Assembly: GCF_000026545.1 (NCBI RefSeq)
Contig: NC_011601.1
Strand: one strand, 5' to 3'
Length of the DNA stretch: 64,000 nt
DNA from: Escherichia coli O127:H6 str. E2348/69
Lineage (GTDB): Bacteria; Pseudomonadota; Gammaproteobacteria; Enterobacterales; Enterobacteriaceae
Part shown: positions 9,250 through 17,881 of the stretch, piece by piece
Numbering within the stretch: position 1 is the first letter of the stretch
Layout: every line of letters starts with the position of its first letter
The notes under the pieces: generated by a model
Told to the model about the DNA's origin: nothing
Database searches by the model: none
What the model saw: only the letters and a program-made list of their open reading frames with translations
Translations under genes and position numbers: made by a program

Positions 9250-12200
9250 TTACACCTTTTCCACATTCACAAGGAAGGACTTAAACTCCGGCGTCTGCGT
9301 GTTCGCATCACCGACGAATGGCGTCAACGTATTGGCAATAAAGCCTTTTTTCGCAACACCTTCATAGCCCCAGTGAATCGGAATACCGATGGTATCGATA
9401 TCTTTGCCGTTTGCTTTCAGCGTGCGAATACGTTTGGTCACTACCGCTTTGGCTTTGATATAGCCACGGTTGGAGGAGACTTTCACAGTATCGCCCTGGG
9501 CAATGCCAAGTTTATTCGCCAGCGACTCCCCGATTTCCACAAACTGCTCTGGTTGCAAAATCGCATTCAACAGCGCGTGTTTGGTCCAGTAGTGGAAGTG
9601 CTCGGTCAGACGATAGGTGGTTCCGACATACGGGAACTTATCGGCTTTACCCAATGCTTCGGCGTCGTCTTTAAAGATACGCGCAGCCGGGTTCGAGATA
9701 ACGTTTGGATGCAGCGGGTTAGTTCCCAGCGGCGTTTCAAACGGCTCGTAGTGTTCCGGGAACGGACCTTCCGCCATCTTATCGAGGGCAAACAGACGTC
9801 CCATGCCTTCCTGCTGCATGATAAACGGCCCTACGCCGCTGCCCGGAGGCGCTGCGCTGTAGTCCGGAATATCCCAGCCGGTCCACTTAGTGCCGTCCCA
9901 TTTCAGCAACTGACGCTTCGGATCCCATGGGTTACCCTGCGGATCTGCGGAGGCGCGGTTATACAGAATGCGGCGGTTTAGCGGCCATGCCCATGCCCAG
10001 CCCAGCGTGTTACCGAGGCCAGACGGATCGGCGTTATCACGACGCGCCATCTGGTTGCCTTCCGGCGTCCAGCTACCGGCGAAAATCCAGCAGCCACAGG
10101 AGGTTGTACCGTCATCGCGCAGTTGGGCGAACGAGCTAAGTTGTTGGCCTTTCTTGACGATAACCGCACCGGTTGCCGGGTCGGTAATATCGGCCAGCGC
10201 TTTGCCGTTGCTCTCCATTGCCACTTCTTCTGAAGATGGCTCATGCGGAATGGCGTAGTTCCAGGTCATGTTCAGCACCTGGTCCGGGTTCGCGCCACCC
10301 TGTTCGGCATACATCTTGCGCAAGCGCAGGAAGATACCGGAGAGGATCTCGCCATCAGTCAGCGCAATCCCCGGGGCGTCCGCACCTTTCCAGTGCCACT
10401 GTAACCAGCGACCTGAGTTAACGATAGAACCGTTCTCTTCCGCGAAGCAGGTCGATGGTAGACGGAACACTTCGGTCTGGATCTTCGACGAGTCAACTTC
10501 GTTCAGCTCACCGTGGTTCTGCCAGAAGTTAGAGGTTTCAGTGTTCAGCGGGTCGATAGTCACGAGGAATTTCAGCTTCGACAGACAGCCGATCACTTTG
10601 TTTTTGTTCGGGAATGAGGCAACAGGGTTAAAGCCCTGGCAGATATAGCCATTGACCTTGCCTTCTTTCATCATCTCGAAGTATTGCAGGACGTCGTAGC
10701 CTTTATCCCACTTCGGCAACCAGTCAAAGCCCCAGCTATTTTCCGCCGTCGCTTTATCACCAAAGAAGGCCTTCATCATAGAGACGAAGAATTTCGGGTA
10801 GTTGCCCCAGTAGTTTACCTGGCCTTCCAGCAGCGGTTTTGGCGTGTTGGCGGTAAGGTAGGTTTGCAGATCGGTCTGCTTCTCGCTTGGCAGCGTCATG
10901 TAACCTGGCAGGCTCTGCGACAGCAGCCCCAGGTCGGTCAGCCCCTGAATATTGGAGTGACCGCGCAGGGCGTTAACGCCGCCGCCAGCCATCCCCATAT
11001 TGCCGAGCAGCAACTGGATCATCGCCATCGTACGGATGTTCTGCGCACCGATGGAGTGTTGCGTCCAGCCGAGCGCGTAAAGGAACGAGGCAGTTTTATC
11101 GTGAGCACTGGTTTCGGCGATGTATTCGCAGACTTTCAGGAATGCGTCTTTTGGCGTACCACAGATGTTTTCAACCACATCTGGCGTGTAGCGGGAAACG
11201 TGCTGTTTCAGCAAGTTCCACACGCAACGTGGATGTTGCAGGGTAGTATCGCGTTTGGCGAAGCCGTTTTCGTCCAGTTCGTAAGTCCAGGTGGACTTAT
11301 CGTACTTGCGTTTTTCCGCGTCGTAGCCGGTGAACAGGCCATCTTCAAAGCCGTAATCCTCACGCACGATCAGGCTAGCGTTGGTATAGGCTTCGGTGTA
11401 TTCGCGGTTGAATTTTTCATTGTTCAGCAGGTACAGCAATACGCCTGACAGGAAAGCAATGTCAGTACCGGAACGGATAGGGGCATAGTAGTCAGCCACC
11501 GCCGCTGTACGTGTAAAGCGAGGATCGATCACAATCAGCTTCGCGCCGTTGTGAATTTTGGCTTCCATCGCCCAGCGGAACCCGACCGGGTGAGCTTCAG
11601 CGGCGTTACCGCCCATCACCACGACGAGGTTGGCATTCTTGATGTCGACCCAGTGGTTGGTCATCGCACCGCGACCAAATGTTGGAGCAAGACTTGCTAC
11701 CGTTGGTCCGTGTCAGACACGCGCCTGGTTGTCGACCGCGAGCATACCCAGCGCGCGGGAGAATTTTTGCGTTAAATAGCCGGTTTCGTTACTCGACGCG
11801 GAAGCACACAGCATCCCGGTGGAGAGCCAGCGGTTAACAGTCACGCCTTCGGCGTTTTGCGCAATGTAGTTCGCATCGCGGTCTTCTTTCATCAGTTTGG
11901 CGATGCGATCAAACGCCTCTTCCCAACTGATTTGCTGCCATTTATCAGAACCTGGCGCACGGTATTCCGGAAACTTCAGGCGGCTTTCGGAGTGGATGAA
12001 ATCCACCAGGCCAGCGCCTTTCGGACAAAGTGCTCCGCGGTTGACCGGGTGATCCGGGTCACCTTCGATATGGAAGATAGATGCTTTGGCGTTTTTTGCT
12101 CCGTCACCGAGGCTGTACATCAACAGCCCACAGCCTACGGAACAATAGGTGCAGGTATTACGGGTTTCGCGGGTGCGCAGCAGTTTATACTGCCGGGTTT

Positions 12201-12300
12201 CCGCGAGTGCTACGCTGGGTGCAAAACCCAGTGCCGCTGCCGTGGTGCCTGCCATACCGCCAGCGCAGATCTTAAAGAACTGCCTTCTGCTGACCTGCAT
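9250..12300 (-). CDS. fdoG: Formate dehydrogenase-O catalytic alpha subunit (selenoprotein; in-frame TGA = Sec196)
   Basis: Track ORFs 11713-12300 and 9250-11664 are in the same frame. Translation reads ...DNQARV-TGA-HGPTVASLAPTFGRGAMTNHW. A twin-arginine signal (SRRQFFK) is present. The total of 1016 codons matches K-12 FdoG. Confidence 0.95.
11672..11715 (-). other. Selenocysteine codon (TGA at 11713-11715) plus SECIS hairpin
   Basis: The minus-strand RNA is UGA CAC GGACCAACGGUAGCAAGUCUUGCUCCAACAUUUGGUC. GACCAA pairs with UUGGUC and AGCAA with UUGCU around a GUC apical loop. The hairpin lies immediately 3' of the UGA, as in the E. coli fdhF/fdnG SECIS. Confidence 0.8.
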
Positions 12301-12493
12301 GGATTGCTCCTTGTTTCGACATTGTCACGTCCCATTTACATTCGCTTGCTGCGTGTGCAGGGAGTGGGAGTTATTTTTCTTTGCGGAAGGGGCCGCAAAG
12401 GTCCAGAATTGGCTCAATTTCCCTCCATCCAGGAAGGGTTTGTAACAGAATACCATAATGTTGGTGTGTGTGTTCTTATCTGGTTAATAGAAA

Positions 12494-13330
12494 GTGAAAA
12501 AAACACAGCAAAAAGAAATCGAGAATGTGACAAATATCACAGGTGTTCGTCAAATTGAGTTATGGCGGCGTGATGATTTACAACACCCACGGTTAGATGA
12601 GGTGGCGGAAGAAGTTCCCGTTGCGCTGGTCTACAACGGCATTTCGCATGTGGTGATGATGGCGTCGCCCAAAGACCTTGAGTACTTTGCGCTCGGTTTT
12701 TCGCTTTCCGAAGGAATTATCGAAAGCCCGCGCGATATCTTCGGCATGGATGTCGTTCCTTCCTGTAATGGCCTGGAAGTACAAATTGAGCTTTCCAGCC
12801 GCCGCTTTATGGGGTTGAAGGAACGCCGCCGGGCGCTGGCGGGACGTACGGGCTGTGGCGTATGCGGTGTAGAACAGCTTAACGATATCGGTAAACCGGT
12901 GCAGCCGCTGCCGTTCACCCAGACGTTTGATCTCAACAAACTGGATGATGCATTACGTCATCTCAATGATTTCCAGCCAGTGGGGCAACTGACTGGTTGT
13001 ACTCACGCCGCTGCATGGATGTTGCCATCTGGCGAACTGGTCGGCGGGCATGAAGACGTGGGTCGCCATGTGGCGCTGGACAAACTGTTAGGCCGCCGGT
13101 CACAAGAAGGGGAAAGCTGGCAGCAAGGTGCGGTGCTGGTTTCCAGCCGTGCCAGTTATGAAATGGTGCAAAAGTCGGCGATGTGCGGCGTAGAGATTTT
13201 GTTTGCGGTGTCTGCCGCGACCACACTTGCTGTAGAAGTGGCTGAGCGCTGTAATCTGACGCTGGTGGGCTTTTGTAAACCGGGTCGGGCAACGGTTTAT
13301 ACCCATCCGCAGCGTTTGGTTCATAATTAA
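12494..13330 (+). CDS. fdhD: Sulfurtransferase FdhD (formate dehydrogenase maturation)
   Basis: The protein is 277-278 aa with a GTG start and the conserved GRTGCGVCG motif. It matches K-12 FdhD and is divergent from fdoG. Confidence 0.95.
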   Translation: MKKTQQKEIENVTNITGVRQIELWRRDDLQHPRLDEVAEEVPVALVYNGISHVVMMASPKDLEYFALGFSLSEGIIESPRDIFGMDVVPSCNGLEVQIELSSRRFMGLKERRRALAGRTGCGVCGVEQLNDIGKPVQPLPFTQTFDLNKLDDALRHLNDFQPVGQLTGCTHAAAWMLPSGELVGGHEDVGRHVALDKLLGRRSQEGESWQQGAVLVSSRASYEMVQKSAMCGVEILFAVSAATTLAVEVAERCNLTLVGFCKPGRATVYTHPQRLVHN

Positions 13331-13336
13331 AGAAAT

Positions 13337-13372
13337 ACCGCAATTCTGATTCTGGATTGCGGTTTTATTTTT
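13337..13372 (+). terminator. Rho-independent terminator of fdhD
   Basis: The stem pairs ACCGCAAT (13337-13344) with ATTGCGGT (13356-13363). TTTTATTTTT follows. Confidence 0.7.
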
Positions 13373-13640
13373 CTATTAAATAATCCTCAATATATTATTC
13401 AGCATTTAAATAATAATTTCACCACAATAAATTATCTCGTTAATTCCGGTTTATATCGATATACTCCGGTCGCATTAATCCTTTAAGAATTAATCATTAT
13501 TTATATAAGACATTTTGTTTTAATCATCGCGTCAATAAATAAATGTTTCTGATGAGTGAATGCAAATAACAAACCTTGCACCGGTTGTAAAAACAGCAAT
13601 GTATTTTCAATAGTGGGTGATGGATTATGAGTATTGAAAA

Positions 13641-15476
13641 ATGAGTACATTACAGTTACCTGGCAGTTCATATTCTACTGAAGTTAATTTAAACGGCTTA
13701 ATTGAGGTGCTCAGTAAGCACCTTTACTCTACCCCCGTGGTCGCCGTGCGCGAGCTGGTGCAGAACGGACACGATGCGATCGTGCGCCGCAGGATTGAGC
13801 AGCCCGATGCGCCAAAGGATAACCAAATTCGTGTGGTGGCAGACGTGGCGAAGTCCACCATCACCATTACCGATACCGGTGCGGGTTTGACAGAAAGCGA
13901 AATTCACGGCTTCCTGGCAACAGTGGGCGTGGGTTATACCCGAATGTTGCGCCAGCAGGATGACAACACCGGTTTAATTGGTATGTTCGGCCTTGGTTTC
14001 TTGTCAGCATTTGTACTTGCAAAAGAGGTCACGGTGTTGACCACATCCTGGCAAACGCCGGATCAGAGCTGGAAATACCACTCTACCGACGGGCAAAAAT
14101 ATACCGTTACGCCGCATCAGTCCTCGGAAACGGGAACGCAGGTGATTCTGACGCTCAAAGAAGAGTACAGCCATCTGGCGAGTAACAATTTGCTGAACCG
14201 CGTTCTTTCCCGCTACTGTGTATTGCTGCACGAACCGGTCTATGTCGGCGATGCCAGCGAGCCGGTAAATAAACTTCAACCACCGTGGCGTGAAGTTGCC
14301 CCCGAAGGCGTAACCATACACCGCGCGCTGGTACAGCGTAAAAATCTCGCCTTTGCCGCCCAGTTTGAATCCTCCTTCGAACCGATTTGCACCATTCCGG
14401 TGGTGCCAGCGGGAATGAGCGACGCGGTTGGGATTTTATGGATTCAGGATGGCGCGACCTACGGCACCAGCGATAACCGCAACCTGTCGTTGTTTTTGCG
14501 CGGCATGTTACTGGATGATGAAGCGCGTGAGTTGTTACCGCCCTGGGCCGGATTTATTGGCGGCGTGATTGAGTCATCGAAACTGACGCCGACGGCGAGC
14601 AGGGAAGATCTCCAGCGGGATGCAACCTGGGTTGCGGTACAGGAGGCGTTAAAAGAGGCGCTGATTTCTGGTTTGTCCGATCTCGCACAAAATCAGCCAG
14701 AAATCTGGCGGCGGGTATTAATGCGCCACAACGAAGCGTTGCTGGGTGCGGCCTTGTGTGATGACCGTCTGTTTGATTTGCTCAAAGATCGCTTGCAGGT
14801 GCCAACGTCAAAAGGGGCGCTGCTGGCGAAGGATTTACGCGTTAATAACAGCATTCATATTCTGTTAAGCCGCGACGGCGGTTTTGAAGAGATGTTGTTC
14901 CATATTCTGCAACGGCCTGTAGCCCGTGGCGATCGCTATGCGGTGGTGCCATTTTTACGCCGTTGGGCGCTGTTATATCACTGCCGGATTGTCGAAGTCG
15001 GTACGCAAACGGGTAATGAGCAGTTGTTCAGCCTGGCAGAATTACCCAAAGAGCAGGTGGCTTATCTGGAAGAGCATCTCTGCGACGGCGAGCAATTAAT
15101 TATCTCACGCTTCGAACCCGCCGTTTTACCGTTAGTGGTTACACCAGACCGCGAAGCAGAATTAAAACAAATTCTCGAACAGGATGACGCAGATAAACGC
15201 ATCAGTACCGCAGCGTTAATGCTGGCGCGGCAATTTACCTCGCAAATCCAAAAATCTAAAACTTCAAGTCTGTATATCAACCTTAATAACCCCTGTGTCA
15301 TGCAACTGGTGACGGCCTTACAACACCATCAACAGCCAGCGGCAGCATTACGGTTATTAAAATCGCTGAAAGTGATTTTGTGCTCCAGCGGTAATAAAGA
15401 ACAGCAGTGGGATTTACACCAGGCACTGGAAGATTTTACTCAGGTTATTCCTGTCTTAATTAATCAAGGAAAATAA
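13641..15476 (+). CDS. Hsp90/HtpG-family paralog (GHKL ATPase), full length
   Basis: The 611-aa protein aligns by eye to E. coli HtpG along its whole length. Matches are STE14 (catalytic Glu), RELVQNGHDA (N-box, against RELISNASDA), DTGAGLT (G1, against DNGVGMT), GMFGLGFLSAF (G2, against GQFGVGFYSAF) and LTPTASREDLQ (middle-domain catalytic Arg loop, against LPLNVSREILQ). It is too divergent to be htpG itself, which maps elsewhere. Confidence 0.85.
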   Translation: MSTLQLPGSSYSTEVNLNGLIEVLSKHLYSTPVVAVRELVQNGHDAIVRRRIEQPDAPKDNQIRVVADVAKSTITITDTGAGLTESEIHGFLATVGVGYTRMLRQQDDNTGLIGMFGLGFLSAFVLAKEVTVLTTSWQTPDQSWKYHSTDGQKYTVTPHQSSETGTQVILTLKEEYSHLASNNLLNRVLSRYCVLLHEPVYVGDASEPVNKLQPPWREVAPEGVTIHRALVQRKNLAFAAQFESSFEPICTIPVVPAGMSDAVGILWIQDGATYGTSDNRNLSLFLRGMLLDDEARELLPPWAGFIGGVIESSKLTPTASREDLQRDATWVAVQEALKEALISGLSDLAQNQPEIWRRVLMRHNEALLGAALCDDRLFDLLKDRLQVPTSKGALLAKDLRVNNSIHILLSRDGGFEEMLFHILQRPVARGDRYAVVPFLRRWALLYHCRIVEVGTQTGNEQLFSLAELPKEQVAYLEEHLCDGEQLIISRFEPAVLPLVVTPDREAELKQILEQDDADKRISTAALMLARQFTSQIQKSKTSSLYINLNNPCVMQLVTALQHHQQPAAALRLLKSLKVILCSSGNKEQQWDLHQALEDFTQVIPVLINQGK

Positions 15477-15477
15477 A

Positions 15478-17784
15478 ATGGATACATGGGAGTGGTACAA
15501 CAAATATAGTCAAGAGTTGCGTGATGCCGGGCAAGAATATATTCCGCAGCTTATTGATGATTTTTCAGAAAGTGTTTTGCACCTACAAATAGAAAAATGT
15601 GATTCGCTATTGCCGGAAATGAAAGCACTGAATCAAGTCGCCAAAAATCCGTGGCTGGAAATATTTATTGGTCACTGGGAAATGCGTCATCGCCTGACTA
15701 ACTATGAAGAAGGTGAAAAGGTGCTGCCAGACGTGGTAGCGCTGTTTGAAAAAGCGCATCGGGAAGAGGCGAAAGATTGCCCGCAATCTATCTGCGTTAC
15801 CCAGGATTTATCAGCCTGCTACGAAAATATTGACGCACCAGGCTGGGCGAATGAACGCATGGCGGTGTGTGAAGAAACCATCGCGCGCATTGATCCGACC
15901 TGGAGCTGTTTTCAGTGTTTGTCCACTGAATATGCCAGCGCACTGATAGATTCCAAAAGAACAGAGGAGGCACTGGCTTATCTGGATCGGCAAATCGACG
16001 CAGTTAAAGCAGCCGGGAAAGATGATATTGATCCATTACTTTATACTCGCGCCGATATTCTGATTGAACTTCAGCGTTATGATGAAGCACGCAAATTGAT
16101 TGATGAGCTGACAGAAGCCAATGATTACTGGGGCCGCGACCGCATTAGTAATCACCTAAAAAAACTGTACATCATGGCGTTATGCGGGCAGGACGAAGAA
16201 GTCTGGGAGGAATTACCGCGTTGGTCCGATCTGACTCCGCATTCATGGGGGTCATGGCTGAAAATCATTACTGTGTTACTTCCCCGTCATCCACAAAGAA
16301 ACAACTGGCAACTGGCGCGCATCATCCAGAAAATGCTGGAGCAACGTTCACAGGCCGGGGCGCATCGAAAAGTGGTTAATCTGGCAAAACTACAAATCAC
16401 CCTGGCGCTGGAGCGTGAATCCGTCTGGGTTGCCAAAATAGCGATGAAACTGGCCCAGCGACACATGCCAAAATTACGCGCGTTACTGGGCGTCGATCGC
16501 GAGTTTCTCGAACTTAGCGAAAAAATCGCCACCAAAGAAGCAGAGTTGCTTGCTCGTCCGGTTGTAGAAGTACCTGAAAATAGCGACGAAGAAACGCAGC
16601 CAGATCCAGAAAAAGACGTCGAAATATTCCGCCGCGCTTATCTGAACACACCAGACGATGCAGAGTTACTGGGCAAACTGGTCAATGCGTTAAATGCCTG
16701 TAATGCGATTAATGAGTCAATTGAACTTCTGCAACGCTATGTTGAAAGCCACCTCCATGAAGATAATGGTCTTTGCTTCGATCTGTTGGATTTATTGCTC
16801 CACCGTGACGATCTGCAAACCATTGAGCACCTGGCGAAGCAGTATGAACAGGCGGGGCTGCTACATATGGCCTTGTGGTTCCGGGCGCGAGTGATCAACC
16901 AACAGGAAGACTGGAGTGAACTGGAGTCGATTGGACAACAGTTGCTGCAAAACGAAAAAGGGCGTGAGTGGGTTGGCGTTTATCGCATGTGCTCCTGGGC
17001 AGCACAAAAACAGGAAGCCTGGGATCGACAGCTGGATTATTTACAACAATTGCAGCAACTGATGATTAGCCGTGAAGAAGATATTCGTAATCTCCAGTGG
17101 GATATCATGGCGACCGCCAGCATCCTGCAACAATGGGATTTGGTTCGTGCTATTGCTGCTGAACTGGAAATCGAACTCACGGAAGGTGAAGGTTTTATTG
17201 ACGAAAAATGGGGGCTGCTAAACATTCGCTTCCGGGAAAATTATGAATACCGCTATTACTATGCTCAACGTATTGGGCCGGTAACCGCAAGGATCATTGA
17301 GCCAACTTACCGGACCGATTATCCGCAACATGTTGATGAGGTTGTGGTATTCGATGCAGAAATGTTGAATACCCGACCAGAGGATGAGGAAGAGCAGAAG
17401 AATTTCACTCCGCTTTATGGGTGCCTGAAAACCATTATCCCGACCGAATACGGCGAGTCCTGGTTCTGCGAAGGTGTCATGCCTGGTGAAGAAGAGTTTA
17501 ATACTTTCCGTGAGGCGCTCCGTGAACGAAACTGGTACTACTGGAGCAACAGTAATGACGACTATACGTTAACGGACAGTCATCAAGGAGAAGGCGCTGA
17601 GCCGCTGTCTGCATTCTATTTTGTTATCAGTGCGCCGCGTTCAGTTTCTAAAGGTGATATCGACAAGACCTTGCACGAATTGACCGCTGACTGGAAACAT
17701 CCGTTGTGCTGGTGGCGTCTTGCCAAAGAAGCCGGGGCGAATGAAGAGAAACATGCTGCTATTGCCGAGAGATATGGAATGTAA
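15478..17784 (+). CDS. Large helical-repeat (TPR-like) protein with Cys cluster and C-terminal domain of unknown function; partner of the Hsp90 paralog
   Basis: The 768-aa ORF starts 1 nt after the upstream stop (TAA A ATG), implying translational coupling. About 560 aa are Leu/Ala/Glu-rich helical hairpin-like segments (for example EEALAYLDRQIDAVKAAG and YDEARKLIDELTEAND). Cysteines at 101/106/114/131/144/147 include a CxxC. An acidic linker spans 361-380 and an aromatic-rich C-terminal segment spans about 575-768. I recognised no catalytic motif. Confidence 0.7.
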   Translation: MDTWEWYNKYSQELRDAGQEYIPQLIDDFSESVLHLQIEKCDSLLPEMKALNQVAKNPWLEIFIGHWEMRHRLTNYEEGEKVLPDVVALFEKAHREEAKDCPQSICVTQDLSACYENIDAPGWANERMAVCEETIARIDPTWSCFQCLSTEYASALIDSKRTEEALAYLDRQIDAVKAAGKDDIDPLLYTRADILIELQRYDEARKLIDELTEANDYWGRDRISNHLKKLYIMALCGQDEEVWEELPRWSDLTPHSWGSWLKIITVLLPRHPQRNNWQLARIIQKMLEQRSQAGAHRKVVNLAKLQITLALERESVWVAKIAMKLAQRHMPKLRALLGVDREFLELSEKIATKEAELLARPVVEVPENSDEETQPDPEKDVEIFRRAYLNTPDDAELLGKLVNALNACNAINESIELLQRYVESHLHEDNGLCFDLLDLLLHRDDLQTIEHLAKQYEQAGLLHMALWFRARVINQQEDWSELESIGQQLLQNEKGREWVGVYRMCSWAAQKQEAWDRQLDYLQQLQQLMISREEDIRNLQWDIMATASILQQWDLVRAIAAELEIELTEGEGFIDEKWGLLNIRFRENYEYRYYYAQRIGPVTARIIEPTYRTDYPQHVDEVVVFDAEMLNTRPEDEEEQKNFTPLYGCLKTIIPTEYGESWFCEGVMPGEEEFNTFREALRERNWYYWSNSNDDYTLTDSHQGEGAEPLSAFYFVISAPRSVSKGDIDKTLHELTADWKHPLCWWRLAKEAGANEEKHAAIAERYGM

Positions 17785-17881
17785 GCGGCACTAACGTTTG
17801 TCCGACTCTGGTGTAGCTGAACGGTGAAATCCCAGGTCGGACAACAAACCGTACTAACGGGGGGCCCAAAAATTGTGTCTC

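Noticed and set aside
9220-9981. Long antisense ORFs opposite highly expressed core genes. Examples are 9220-9981(+) and 10684-11448(+) in fdoG, 8362-9024(+) in fdoH, 11857-12558(+), 33190-33804(-) in kdgT, 38833-39561(-) in pfkA, 42021-42620(+) in tpiA, 46764-47537(+) and 47796-48389(+) in glpK, 51940-52935(+) in hslU, and 55946-56623(+) in priA.
   Set aside because: Each lies entirely inside, and antisense to, a gene identified with high confidence. Their translations are low-complexity and Arg/His/Gln-rich, as expected for shadow frames of GC-balanced genes. None has an RBS or a recognisable motif.
11664-11713. The gap between the two fdoG ORF-track pieces could indicate a frameshift or pseudogene.
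   Set aside because: Both pieces are in the same frame, separated only by one TGA followed by a SECIS hairpin. This is the known selenocysteine codon.
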